From: Eledone cirrhosa
Lineage: Eukaryota
Direction of reading: 5' to 3'
NCBI GenBank assembly: GCA_964016885.1
Contig: OZ024747.1
Location: 66,402,001-66,466,000 of the forward strand
DNA length: 64,000 nt
Part shown: positions 34,208 to 47,863 of the stretch, piece after piece
Numbering within the stretch: position 1 is the first letter of the stretch
Layout: each line of letters opens with the position of its first letter
Program-made: the position numbers and the translations under genes
The notes under the pieces: model-generated
Databases searched by the model: none
What the model was told of the DNA's origin: nothing
What the model saw: the letters and a program-made list of their open reading frames with translations, nothing else

Positions 34208-34972
34208 ACAATATCTCTGGTTGAATAAAGCAACTTGCCCAAGTTTTAAAACACTTTGTTCATTGCACCTCTGTATTGCACAGATAAAACTCAAACTAAA
34301 ATGTCTAAAAGCTTCTTTATATGTTTTGGTGCAAAGCCAAATGGACAAGGAATTATAGAACAACGAATGAATTGAATCTGTATAACCAAAGTTTTAATGT
34401 TCCAGAATTTTCTAAAGTGCAGTATTATAACTCATCTCCATGTTAACCTCTTTGTGATTTTACTGCAGTTTTTGAATAAGAGTGAAGTCAAATATTTAAA
34501 GAGGGAGGTTTAGCCGAATCGACGGAGTACTAGATAACTAATTGAAAAGACAAAGGGTTCGTATTGAATCACCGACACTGGTGGTGAATTTGCAAGTTTG
34601 TTAGTGAGTCGGATAGTTGCGGTATTTATTTCAACTTTTGACGCTCCGAGTTCAAATCCTACCAAGGTCAACTTTAGGAGGCAATAAAGCACTAGTCGAT
34701 GACGGAAGGTTGAGAAAATTTCCAGAACGGTACCTGTGATGTCACTGTGCATTCTCAGTTCAAATCCTGCTTCCATCCACAGAAAGACTGTGACATGACA
34801 GGACTGGAGCTACTTATCATTAAAATCTCAAGAATGATCATATGAGATATAATTGTGAGTCGTAAAAGCAACAGACAAACCAACGCTGACTCTTGTGTCT
34901 GTCGCGCTCTGACTAACACAATTAACCCCCAAGTTAGAAGATTGAACTATGATTAAACAACAACAATAACGA

Positions 34973-35006
<34 letters not shown>

Positions 35007-36049
35007 GGCAGCAGCAGCAATTGGTACTTACTTTACCGATCCCAAAAGCAAAGCAATACTAGTCAGATCTAACCTGTGTAGTTTTACATTTTGGTGTTAA
35101 AATAAAATTTGAAACTTAATTTTCTTACATATAACTTCTACTGTATACGTCACTATACGGTCAGTTGTTGTTGATGTTTAGCTTCAGGACAATTCTAATG
35201 TAATGCTAGCTAAGTTTAAAAATGACCAGAATTGCATGGCTCGAATGCATTTTACCATAGGTTTTCTCAACTAGGGATAACTTGAAACTAAACACAACTG
35301 CCAGCAATAACACAGACAACATTCAGAGCAAGAGTAAAAGCAATGACAGTAACACAAACAGGAGGAGCAACAACATCTCGAACAACAATAACAAAACAAA
35401 AACAAGAACAATAGCAACAACAACAGCAACAATGTACAAACGATCATTTATGCATCCCATCACATTAATATTAATGTTGGATATAGATTCTAAATTTTAA
35501 AAGAAATTTAAGAAAATTCACCAATATCAATTTTGTTTCATTATGTTGTTCGGGTGGAGGAAAACATTAATTATTTGGAGATGGACACCCTCCATAAATA
35601 AAAAAATAAAAATTGATTTATCGATCTATCGAATTAGTAGGCATGTGAGATTTATCGGAAGGAAGACATCTTTGATCTATGAAGCTATTAGGTATCAGAT
35701 TCGTTCGCCAAAAATGTTTTATGTGAGTCTTATAGAGGAATAGCTAATGTGACGGGATCAATTTATATTGATGATGCAAGGAGTTAAAATAGATGGTGAA
35801 ATTGCAGAAGCATTGGAGCGTCGGAAACAAACGTCTTGCGTCATGTATTTTCGCTCTTTGTGTTTTGTGTAGGAATCCCATTGAGGAGTTGCGACCGGCA
35901 GATAGTACCAAATCCGAGAAGACCAACGAAAACATTGTTTCCTTGGTCCGATCTGAAAATCGACTTCTTTCTTTTTCTCTTTTTGCATTCTGAGATCAAA
36001 TCCCACCGAGGTAAACTTTGCCTTTCATCTTTCCAGGTTCGATAAATAA

Positions 36050-36264
36050 TGATTTCTAGTATGAGCACAAGGCCAGTAATTTGGGGGGAGGGGAAAGTTG
36101 ATTAAATCGACACCAGTACGTTACTGGTGCTTTATTTTATCGACCCCCGTAGGATGGAAGGCAAAGTTAACCTCGGCGGGATTTGAACTCAGAACATAAA
36201 GGACCGTAACTCAATGCTGCAAAGCATGATGTCCGACTCTACCGATACTGCCAATCCACCGCCA
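36050..36264 (-). mobile_element. tRNA-derived SINE
   Basis: Minus strand has A-box-like TGGCAGTATCGG and B-box GAGTTCAAATCCC, and the body CTTTGCCTTCCATCCTACGGGGGTCGATAAAATAAAG shared with many copies. Confidence 0.8.
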
Positions 36265-36884
36265 TAGAGTCGATAAATAATGTAACAGGATAGCATGGTA
36301 GACTGGCGGAATCTTTAGAGTACTGGAGAGGCTGCCTTGCGGTATTTATTCGATCATTTGTATTCTGAGTTCAAATCTCGCAGTAGCCCTCGAATCTCCG
36401 GGAAAGGGATTAGCCCTCTCCTATGTAGTTTAATTATGAATTATCACATGAGGTGATTTATGGTGACCCCTTCCAAGCCAGAGTAGACGATACCTGATTA
36501 GGATGATTCATTTAAAATGTGGGAAGAAGCAAAAGTCACTAACTGTGATGTCCCAGCTAAGGCACCTGCTTCTTGACCAGGAGCACAGAGTAAGACCGTC
36601 AAGTCTTTTCCCATCAATTCAGGAATACCCAAACGGCTCCAAAATTGAGGGGATGTTTGCCCGGGCCAAAGCTCTTGAGTGGTAATAGGACAGTGTGTGT
36701 ATGTGCGCGCGTGTGAGTTTGTTGGCGTTCTTAAATTAGAGACACATGTGTTTTTAAATTAGACATATATATGTGTGTATCCCTTTCCTTCCTTTTACAC
36801 ATACATACATTCACACAAACACATACACATTGCGTGATGGACGGGTGGACAGAAGTCCCTCAAATGTATATACATGTGAATGGA

Positions 36885-37270
36885 GTTCTACTGAAGCAGT
36901 TAGAGAAGTTCAAGTATCTTGGAGATGAGTAATGGAATGAAGGAGGCTGAATTAAGTGCAAGAATTGCAAAAGCTGATGCAGTAATGTGCAAGCCTCAGC
37001 AATCAGATGCAGGGTGGTAAGTGTAAAAGCCAAACTCGCTGTCTTCCTGGTCTTCCTGCCAACTCTTACCGAGGATCATGACTCTTGAGTAATGACCAAA
37101 AGAGTACAATTGCAAATAAAAGTGGCAGAAATGGAATTACTTGATAAAGTGCATAACTCAGAGACCAGAGAGTCACTCCTGGTAGAGCCGCTACTTCTCC
37201 GAATTGAGAGATCACAACTCCGATATTATGAGCATGTGGTTAGAATGTCTCAGTAAAGAATCGCTGGACA
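36885..37270 (+). pseudogene. Degenerate RTE-like LINE fragment
   Basis: EAVEKFKYLG..ARIAKADAVM..VFLPTLT..QLRYYEHVVRMS across frameshifts. Confidence 0.55.
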
Positions 37271-37282
37271 CATAATAAATAA

Positions 37283-38290
37283 TTAGTGTGGGTAATATGG
37301 TGGGTAAAATGATTATTGTGGGTAAGTTTTGGGTAAAATGATTATTGTGGGTGAATTGTGGGTAAAATGATTATTGTGGGTAGTGGTAGGTAAAATGATT
37401 ATAGTGGGTAAAATAATTATTGTGGGTAATGATAATTGTGGGTAGTGGTAGGTAAAATGATTAATGTGGGTAAAATTGTGGTTAAAATAATTATAGTGGG
37501 TAGGTGGTGGGTAAAATGATTATTGTGGGTAAAATGGTGGGTAAAATAATTATTGTGGGTAAAAAGGTAGGTAAAATGATTACTGTGGGTAAAATAAGTA
37601 TTGTGGGTAAAGGGTGGGTAAAATGATTATTGTGGGTAATGGGTGGGTAAAATGATTATTGTGGGTAAGTTGAGGGTAAAATGATTATTGTGGGTATAAT
37701 GGTGGATAAAATAATTATTGTGGGTAAAATGCTAGACAAAATAATTATTGTGGGTAGAAAACGGATCAACCCCAAATAAAAAACGGATACCCCAAATAAA
37801 AAACGGATCCCCCAAATAAAAAACGGACCCCCAAATAAAAAACGGACCTCCCCAAATAAAAAACGGAGACTCCCCCCCCCATAAAAAACGGACCCCCAAA
37901 TAAAAAACGGATCCCCCAAATAAAAAACGGACCCCCAAATAAAAAACGGACCTCCCCAAATAAAAAACGGAGACTCCCCCCCCCATAAAAAACGGACCCC
38001 CAAATAAAAAATGGACACCTCCCCCAAATATAAAACGGATCCACCGCAAATAAAAAACGGACCCCCAAATAAAAAAACAGATCCCCCGCAAATAAAAAAC
38101 GGATCCCCCCCGAATAAAAAACGGATCCCCCCAAAATAAAAAAAACGGACCCCCCCCCCAAATAAAATACGGCCCCCCCCCTCAAATACAAAACGGATTA
38201 TTGTGGGTAAATGGTGGGTAAAATAATTATTGTGGATAGTGGTAGATAAAATAATTATGGTGGGTAATGTGGTAGGTAAAGTGGTGGGTG
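37283..38290. repeat. Nested minisatellites: (GTGGGTAAAATGATTATT)-type array interrupted by ~19-21-bp (AAAAAACGGACCCCCAAAT)n at 37758-38197
   Basis: Directly visible. Confidence 0.92.
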
Positions 38291-38759
38291 CAATCAAGAA
38301 AGGGAGAAAGAGGGTAGGAAGTGGAGTAAAGGGGGTTAGGGAAAGAATGGGTTGGAAGAGGGAGAAGTCGAAGAAGGGGAGGAGAAACATCAAGACAAGA
38401 AAGGATGAAAAAGAGGAGGGAAGACAGCAGGTTAAAGAAATAGGGAAAGAGAGGATAAAAAATGGGGAAAAGTAGGGAGGAGGGATAAGGAGGAGTACGA
38501 AGTGTGAAAGTGTGGGAAAGAGGCGGAAAAGGGTGTAATGAGGGAGAATCAACACCACGAGGTCAACCACAAGACAATGAGGTCACGTAAAGTTATATGT
38601 GTTTCTTTCACAAGAAATTTGAAGCAAAAGAAACCAAGTAACCATGTAACTTCAATAGCTCTTCATCATCGACTCCGGGAGAAACTCTAGGATCAACCAC
38701 CAATAAACACGCTGGTTGTCGGCAAACATGATCAACTGTCCTGTATGTCTATGATCAGA

Positions 38760-38990
38760 TCTCCAGTCAGATTCTTAATTGACACAGAAGTAGAAGTCCG
38801 TGTCATCACGGCATCTGCAAACTCCGATATAGAGTGGCAGCTGCCAATGATTCTACAATCAAAGCTTACAGATACCGTACTCTCTCCCTCCACAGAGGCT
38901 CACAGTAATATACATGGACATTCACCGTTGCTGATGCCCATCAGCCTATCATTGGAGCAGACTTCCTTCGGGCTCACTTACTGCTGGAAT
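38760..38990 (+). pseudogene. Gypsy-type LTR retrotransposon aspartic protease relic
   Basis: RFLIDTEVEVRVI (cf. FLIDTGAEVSVI), then in another frame WTFTVADAHQPIIGADFLRAH. Confidence 0.7.
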
Positions 38991-39040
38991 AATAGGGGAA
39001 ACAACTCGTTAGTTTAATGCTTGAAATAGCAGGAAGAGGG

Positions 39041-39076
39041 TCTTAACGTTTCGGACGCTACTCCTTCATCAAAAGA
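39041..39076 (-). ncRNA. Minimal hammerhead motif (C3U mutant), related to 52318-52353
   Basis: Minus: TCTT-TTGATGA-A-GGA-GTAGCG-TCC-GAAAC-GTT-AAGA. Confidence 0.55.
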
Positions 39077-39562
39077 AAGAATATAAATATATATACGAAA
39101 TAAAAAGAAATCCACTACACCATACATGCAGTTAACTGCAATATTTGTTTTATTGGTGGGTCCAAAAAATAAAATCAATGATTGCAAATTGATATTTAAA
39201 ATTATTTCTTCACATATGTTCATGCAAATAAGGATGCACACATATTCAAGGCTTCATATACTCATATATAAATGTGTGACAAGGGTGTGTGTATATACAT
39301 ATATATATACGCACATTTGCCACACATTATATAGATATGTATATATATATATATACACATATATATATATATACACACACACATACACACGCGTACATTA
39401 ACATACAAAGAGACTTATACACACACACACACTTCTCCGTATAAGACAAAAGCTGAAAAATATCTTTTGACATGCTAAAATACCCCCCCCACTGCTTACA
39501 GACACATTCCTACTGACCGTCACGCTACCACGAATTACTCTGCTATACACACACACACGCAC

Positions 39563-39650
<88 letters not shown>

Positions 39651-39672
39651 TTGTTGTGAAAGAGTCATTTCT

Positions 39673-39918
39673 CAGTCTTGGCGCAAAATCAATTTTTTAC
39701 ATTCACATGACCTCTACCGACCAATCAAAATTGTTTTGACCACAAGAATTTTTGCAACACCAAGTAGCGCTGGAGCCACTTTTTTAACCTAAAAACAGTC
39801 TTGGCGCAAAATCAATTTTTTACATTCACATGACCTCTACCGACCAATCAAAATTGTTTTGACCACAAGAATTTTTGCAACACCAAAGTAGCGCTGGAGC
39901 CACTTTTTTAACATAAAC
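39673..39918. repeat. ~123-bp tandem duplication
   Basis: CAGTCTTGGCGCAAAATC...GCTGGAGCCACTTTTTTAAC twice. Confidence 0.9.
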
Positions 39919-40173
39919 ACAGGTAGAATTCCCCAAACTAATCAGATCAGAGACACTCGGACACTCTATCTCAAAATTATTTTTGAAAAGCATTTAGAAA
40001 TGCGCAACCAGTAAAAACTTAAAAACTTAAAACCACAACTGAATACTAACCCATACAATTACTAATACTCTTTTATTCCTAATTAAACTATTTTTCAACT
40101 GTGAACAATTTGTCAGCATTTTCTATTCCGTTTACCAATATATAATAACTTGTGTGTTACACCTCTATTCTTT

Positions 40174-40231
<58 letters not shown>

Positions 40232-40402
40232 CGTACAGTAGTATGTATATATATATATACATACATGCACACATATATATATGTACGTATGGATTCACCG
40301 AACATTTATTATAATGCGGTATGTTTGTAAACAAACATCCCGAATTAAGCCGTACAGTGTCTAGCAACCATCGTTGCTCATTTGTTCAACACTGACAAAG
40401 GA

Positions 40403-40445
40403 ACGCTGTACTAGTTTCAAGCTTATTAGCTATCGTCAGCAACGT
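40403..40445 (-). ncRNA. Minimal type I hammerhead ribozyme
   Basis: Minus: ACGTTG-CTGACGA-T-AGC-TAATAA-GCT-T-GAAAC-TA-GTA-CAGCGT. Confidence 0.75.
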
Positions 40446-40515
40446 ATACCTTCCTGCCAGATGATTGAACGTCTGAAAGTATATACTTTCCTTATGAATA
40501 TTAACGGCTGAGCCG

Positions 40516-40558
<43 letters not shown>

Positions 40559-40733
40559 AAAATTAGATTAAAGATGCCCTGTCTCAGAATATCAGAATCA
40601 TGCGCCATATCACCTGTGGAATAAGGTTAAAGATTCTAAATAATAAAACATTAACATTAAATTAAAAGTTGATTGACATATATATATAAGATACACACAT
40701 CAAACAATTACTGGGGATAATTTGTAAAGAGTG

Positions 40734-40788
<55 letters not shown>

Positions 40789-40792
<4 letters not shown>

Positions 40793-41690
40793 TGTTATAT
40801 TTGGGGAGGGTCATATTTGCGTAATATTGCCAGAATTAATAACAGAACACACTCACTGTTTGGTTGGTTTTCGCTTCTCGCTGTCTTTTATATCTGCGAT
40901 CTAACTTACTCGGTCCTCAATGTTGCCATTGACTGACCGACGGTCAAAAATAATACAGATACAATATAGACACAAACACATATATATAGTTTACATAATT
41001 TACATAAATCTTTCGTTGCACATCTGCAACATCGTCAGTGGTGTTATATTCATTGTTCCTCCTGTTGTGTTGTATGTCTACGCCATTTTTTATTCAGTCT
41101 GTCTATATATTTATTTATTTATTTGCTTATAAATAAATAAATAAATAAATACATATACAAGCACAATAACAACAAGCACATAAACACACACTAGTCACCC
41201 AGCAGACACAACACTATACACACTAGTCACACATCACACATAACACTATACACACACGCAAACGCATGCGCAAAGAAGACAAAATAAAATAAGATAAACA
41301 AACAAGCAAATAAATAAATAAATAAATATATAGACAGACTGAATAAAAAATGGCGTAGACATACAACACAACAGGAGGAACAATGAATATAACACCACTG
41401 ACGATGTTGCAGATGTGCAACGAAAGATTTATGTAAATTATGTAAACTATATATATGTGTTTGTGTCTATATTGTATCTGTATTATTTTTGACCGTCGGT
41501 CAGTCAATGGCAACATTGAGGACCGAGTAAGTTAGATCGCAGATATAAAAGACAGCGAGAAGCGAAAACCAACCAAAGAGTGAGTGTGTTCTGTTATTAA
41601 TTCTGGCAATATTACGCAAATATGACCCTCCCCAAATATAACAATATCTGTTTCGACACACGATTTCATATAAAAAACCTCGCTAAACTA
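40789..41690. mobile_element. Non-coding fold-back element, ~340-bp inverted arms, PLE-type terminus
   Basis: Arms 40789-41128/41304-41647. Terminal motif shared with the 22554-25440 PLE. Confidence 0.85.
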
Positions 41691-41701
41691 ATTCATCGCC
41701 G

Positions 41702-41736
<35 letters not shown>

Positions 41737-42063
41737 AGTAATAATAAATGTAAAGAAAGAGGGCTCGATAAGGATTATATATATAATTAGAGCAAACATC
41801 ACGGGCGCTCTATCTCGAAATTATTTTTGAAAAGCATTAGAAATGCGCAACCGGTAGAACTTAAAACCAAAACTGAATACTATCCAATACTATTACTAAT
41901 TTTTACTTATTCCTAATTAAACTATTTTTCGGTGGGAACAATTTGTCAGCATTTTCTTTTCCTTTTACCAATATATATATATATAAACATTTAACATTTA
42001 TTATTCTACCATACTATTTAAAGGATTGTAAATAAAACGAGCAAATCAGACAAAGTTGGAATA

Positions 42064-42155
<92 letters not shown>

Positions 42156-42190
42156 TATACGCATACTTGCCACGCACTTTTGCCACATAT

Positions 42191-42252
<62 letters not shown>

Positions 42253-42257
<5 letters not shown>

Positions 42258-42564
42258 GTTTCTACTTTAGGCACAAGGCCAGCAATTATCCAGTGCATTA
42301 CTGGTACTTTATTTTATCGACCCCGTAAGGATGAAAGGCAAAGTCAACCTCGGCGGGATTTGAACTCAGATCGTAAAGGGACGTAACTATGCTGGAAAGC
42401 ATGGCGTCCGACCCTCTACCGATACTGAATAAAGTATGTTTTTCTACGTGCAAAAAATGCATATAGGGATACATGTATTATCCAACTTTATAGGGTAAAT
42501 ATAGTAAGTACAGTAAACTTTTTAAAATTTATTTTAAATCTTTTTCTCTATTTGCTGAACCTTG

Positions 42565-42614
<50 letters not shown>

Positions 42615-43465
42615 CTGTTTAATTGATTAATTGATTTTTTGCGTGGTTGGTTATGCTAATTGGGAGAGGAAATATATATATATATAGCCTGGTTTAATTG
42701 ATTTTTTGTGTGGTTGATTATGCTAATTGGGAGAGGAAATGGTGTATATATATTATCAAATGATTCTATGGACATACTTTATAGTATATATATATATATA
42801 GTGACGAAACATAAGTCAATTTCATGAACTCATAATCCTTTATTTACTGCTATATATATTTCGATGATAGCCATTGAATGGCTATGACCTCATCAGACAG
42901 TTAGTCAGTTCTTAGATATGCTAGCTCTGTGTTTATGGTGTTGATGGGACATATATATTTATATGCTTCATATAAAGGAATAAAGTAGAGACTTCTTCTT
43001 CTGCTGCTGTTGCTGCTGCCAAGCACCCTTCACTGTATTTCAATTTACGTTCATTTAAATCAGTGTTTCACTTAACAGGATAATAATTGTTTCTACTTTA
43101 GGCACAAGGCCAGCAAGTAACATTACTGGTACTTTATTTTATCGACCCCGTAAGGATGAAAGGCAAAGTTAACCTCGGCGGGATTTGAACTTAGAATGGC
43201 AAGGGCCGTAACTCTATGCATCAAAGCATGGTGTCCGACCCTTTACCGATACTGCCAATCCACCACCTTAACAGGATAATAATAATTGTTTCTACTTTAG
43301 GCACAAAGCCTGCAATTACCCAGTGCATTACTGGTACTTTATTTTATCGACCCCGTAAGGATGAAAGGCAAAGTCAACCTCGGCGGGATTTGAACTCAGA
43401 TTGTAAAGGGACGTAACTATGTTGGAAAGCATGTCGTCCGACCCTCTACCGATACTGCCAATCCA
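42253..43465 (-). mobile_element. Cluster of three tRNA-derived SINE copies (42253-42428, 43081-43268, 43277-43465)
   Basis: Same body and B-box as 36050-36264. Confidence 0.8.
42846..42901 (-). ncRNA. Type I hammerhead ribozyme
   Basis: Minus: ACTGT-CTGATGA-GGT(C)ATAGCCAT-TCA-ATGGCTAT(C)ATC-GAAA-TATATA-TA-GCAGT. Confidence 0.75.
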
Positions 43466-44011
43466 ATAATAACAACAACACATGATAGGTAAGTAGATAA
43501 ATAGATGTTGTTGTTGCTGTATGGCTGCTGTGTTGCCCACTAACCTGTCTGTTGGGTTGTTGTTGTCATTATTGTTGTTTCCACTAAAGATACAGAAAGT
43601 AAGAGAGAGAAGAAGAAGGAGAATAAGAAAGAGATGATGTGTGAGAGAGGGGGGGGGGGATAATGAAGATAGAAAATGTGAATGAGAAGAGAAATATGTC
43701 ACTTTTTATCTATATATAAATTTCTGCAATTCTGTCACAACATGTAAAGAGAGAGGTGTAGTTTGACTACCTCATACTACTCCCCTCTCTTTACCACTGC
43801 TGCCTGCGTGAATGTATGTGTGTGTAAAAGGAATTCAGGAGTTGGTGAAAAATTACAGTTATCAGTGACGTGTACGTCCATGTGTGTATTTGTGTCAATG
43901 TGTGTCTGTGTTTGCACGTTTATATTTATATACCCATACATATAAATGTACGCACATACACACATACACACATAGAGGTGCGTCAGCGTATGGAAAAAAA
44001 TACATATAAAT

Positions 44012-44042
<31 letters not shown>

Positions 44043-44146
44043 ATTATATTCATATATATAATTGTATTCATATGAATATGAATATATAAACACACACATA
44101 TTTGTTTGTATACCCGCACATATATGTATATATCGCTAAACACACT

Positions 44147-44266
<120 letters not shown>

Positions 44267-44311
44267 CTATATATATATACATACATATATATCTATCTAT
44301 ATATATAGATG

Positions 44312-44393
44312 ACTTCCCTGACGACGAAATGATTCTCTATATTTTCTTCGGAAAGTATATTTATTCCATTTCAGAAACTAATTAGTTGGGAGT
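44312..44393 (+). ncRNA. Type I hammerhead ribozyme
   Basis: ACTTCC-CTGACGA-C-GAAATG...C(TTCG)G...CATTTC-A-GAAAC-TAATTA-GTT-GGGAGT. Confidence 0.75.
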
Positions 44394-44573
44394 GAAATTT
44401 TAGTAAGTAAGTTAATTTTATAATTTTCTTATTTTACGTCTCTCATATTATTGTTCTGCAACCCCATGCATTGAACCACAAAGTTACTAAGACAAAACCT
44501 ATATATTTGCTAGCATTGATATGCATCTGTATGTATATATATTTTACTAGATATTAATTCTTTATATAAATAT

Positions 44574-44654
<81 letters not shown>

Positions 44655-44709
44655 GTGAGGTTTTTTTTACAAATTGAAAAATAACCGAGGTGTCCTACAC
44701 GTGTGAAAG

Positions 44710-45002
44710 TATAAAGAAAAAGAGATGAAATCGAAAATGCAACTGGAGTCTTATTTTTTAAAAATATATATATATTTATTTGGTTCCTTTACCGGTTTCG
44801 CAGTTCTTCTGCTTTTCAAAAGTAGAGTTGAGATGTAGGGTCTGTGGTTTTTCTCACATCTGTGAAAAAAACCACAGACCCTCCATCTCAACTCTACTTT
44901 TGAAAAGCAGAAGAACTGCGAAACCGGTAAAGGAACCAAATAAATATATATATTTAAAAAAAAAATAAAACTCCAGTTGCATTTTCGATTTCATCTCTTT
45001 TT

Positions 45003-45009
<7 letters not shown>
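44710..45009. repeat. ~149-bp-arm hairpin carrying a U3:A8 HHR motif on each strand
   Basis: Arms ~44710-44858/44861-45009. Plus-strand 44897-44932: CTT-TTGAAAA-GCAG-AAGAA-CTGC-GAAAC-CG-GTA-AAG. Confidence 0.85.
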
Positions 45010-45069
<60 letters not shown>

Positions 45070-45664
45070 CATACTATCACAACATGCTGGTAGACAAATA
45101 ATCTCGATTCCACAGCCATTCATGCAAACGTACATTTCGCGATTTCCACATTTATTTCATATTTTGTCCTTCGATCGCTTTGGTTCAATATGGTGTCTGT
45201 AATGGCTTTTGTTGTTTCCGTTGTTTCTACTCAACTGTTAATGATTTTTGGCAGCAATTGCTCTGTTGGTTGCCTTACAATTGATGGAATAGCGCTGGCT
45301 GAGAGCTATTGCGCTGATAAAATGGTGAGTTTCAATGAAAAAATAACACGAACATATGAATTGAAAATAAAAACGAACGAACGCATCATCGTTTGTTTGT
45401 GAACGTCAGATAAGGAAAATATGAAACGAACTTAGAAATGTAATTTCTTACTTTGAAAGTAAAATAACATAAATAAATGCAAACCAATGGTTTGCTAGAA
45501 ATGACAGAAAAATACCCCTCAAGTTATATCCTACCTTCTTAAACGAAAGAGGGTTACTTTGGATTTCTTATTTTTACTAACATAATAATTAAAAGTCAAC
45601 GATTTGCTAAATATAGCAGCTAATTGAACATCAAATGTGTTCCATCACCAAATATTCCCTACTC

Positions 45665-45800
45665 ACCACCATAGGCGCTGAGCTGGCCAGCTGCAGGTGT
45701 GAGACTCGCGAGATAGCATGGCTCTTCCAGCGCATCTTCCTTACCATCTTCCGAGGAAACGCCTTCTCCATTCTGTCCGCCGAGGTTGTGGGGAGGCCAG
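45665..45800 (+). pseudogene. CRE-like non-LTR retrotransposon C-terminal relic
   Basis: ETREIAWLFQRIFLTIFRGNAFSIL resembles the QR.S..IQRGNA..I C-terminal motif of REL-bearing CRE elements. Confidence 0.55.
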
Positions 45801-47603
45801 TACGTGGGACCCCATTTGCTCACCATACAGAGAAATGGAGACGGCGAGAGAGAAGGAGGCGATGACAGCGGGAGTTCGGCTCTTACACGTTCGGATCGTA
45901 TCCTTGTGGTTGTGTTTAATATCTATATAGGAAATCATTTATTTCCCTTCTTGTATATAACTCCCTTGTAATTACAAGAGGTTGATAGATTAACCATCCC
46001 TTAGTTTTTGTATATATAGGTTTATTCTGAATAAAGCTCTGTTAATGCCATTATTGATATAAATCTTCATTAGTCAATGCGCCTGCTCATTTAAAAAAAA
46101 ATGATAGGTGTAATTTGAGAGGATATGGCTGCTATTTCTGGCAAGTTGAACCACTATGTAGAAGGAGCTTTTCTTGCTATTAATGTGGAATTTGTGTGGC
46201 CTGGAAAATCTGGAGAGGAATATAGAGAAAATGAGAGAAAGAGGTAGATTAGATATGAAATAGTGAGAGATTGAGGGAGAGTGTGTGGAAAAAATGTGAG
46301 AGAGTTAGTGAGGTAGAAATAGACATACTAACAGACATTGTGAATGAGTTAGATAGACAGAGGGACATATGAGAGATATAGTAAAATATGGTAGAGGGAG
46401 AGGGAAAGAGAGTGCTAAACAGACTTAGATAGATAGTGTGTATGAGTGAGATATATAGAACGATATAGAAATAGAGTGATATATAACGATAGAGATACAA
46501 TGATGGCCCCAGGTAGATACATATAGAGAAAGAGAAGAGAGAGGTAAATAAAAGGGAATGAAGGGGAGAGCAAATAACCAGTGACTAAACATATTTCTAC
46601 TCTGCCAAATCGGATTATTGCAAATGGTTAGAGTGGTGTCTGTCTTTTGGTGTGGTGGTGTTTTCTGTGGTGTGGTCGTGTTTGCTGTGGTGTGGTCTTT
46701 ACGGTGATGTGGTGTATGTGGTGTGGATGTTTTGAGGTGTGTGGTGTATATTATGCAATGGAAAGAAATGTTGCAGAACCACACAATGAAGGAGCAAAGC
46801 AATTCGTTTACATCTACATCTGCCATTAATGCACATCTGCAGTTAATGAACATATTCTTCAGCCATACCATCCGCTCCTCAACCGTCAGTCCTCCCTCCG
46901 TCGTCCCCTCCACCCTTAGTGTATTACTACCGCTATGATAGCCTTATCACAGTAGCGGCCGTATTAACTGTAACGTCAACTCATTAGGTTCGCTGATTAA
47001 TTCTCGCTTCTTTATCTCTCCCCACTATAATAAGACTGTGTTATTGCGGTGTTATTAATTGTAGTTTTCTGGGGCTTGGCGGTAGTGGTGATGATGGTGG
47101 TGTTGATGATGATGTTGGTGGTGGTGGTGGTTTTGGTCGTGGTGATAATGGTAGGGGTGTTGATGATGTTAGTGGTGCTGGTGGTGTGGATTTGGGTGTA
47201 GTGTTTTTTGGATGGCGGTAGTGTTGGTCGTGGTGTTGATGATGGTGGTAGTAGTGATATAGGTCGAACGACTGATTCGAACGCTGGTATCTGCTCCAAA
47301 GGACAGGTGACAAACAGAATCAATCTTTTGTATCAACGTAGCACATTCACAGGTGAGACGAATGATCTGATCAGAAAATGATAGAACACACAGACGGCAT
47401 AGAGGAGTACTGCTATCAGCTTTCAACGGCTCAGTCTATCTATCTGTAGAAATGAGACACATTGTGAAGTAAGCCAGTCCTCCCAGACGTCTACACCCAA
47501 TCAATCGGAGTTAAGCTATCTGTAAACATGGACAAACGAACGTAAAAGCTGTATCTCCAAACACAAACCACCCATCTGCAAAACTAGTCCAATACATATA
47601 TAC

Positions 47604-47720
47604 TTTCCGAAGAAGAAGGTCTGATCGAACCTATATATGATGTCTGATAGTATACAGTTGTATAACTGGTATAGATCAGTGATATGTTAATATGATCAAC
47701 CCTCCGAAACGATCGTAAAA
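47604..47720 (+). ncRNA. Hammerhead-like motif, CCGAAGA core, long helix II
   Basis: TTT-CCGAAGA...TGATC...GATCA...GAAAC-GATC-GTA-AAA; helix I short. Confidence 0.45.
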
Positions 47721-47779
47721 CAATGATATGAATAGGTAAAGTAACTTGACTTTGTTATTTCATTGTTAAATTAATATCT

Positions 47780-47855
<76 letters not shown>

Positions 47856-47863
<8 letters not shown>

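Noticed and set aside
37656-38570. 304-aa hydrophobic minus-strand ORF
   Set aside because: Produced by minisatellite and purine-rich low-complexity sequence.
46777-47360. Possible small host exons (46777-46884 AG..GT, 108 nt open; ~47264-47353)
   Set aside because: Weak polypyrimidine tracts and no recognisable protein. RNA-seq would be needed. Similar weak candidates near 34469-34507 and 55672-55731 were also not called.
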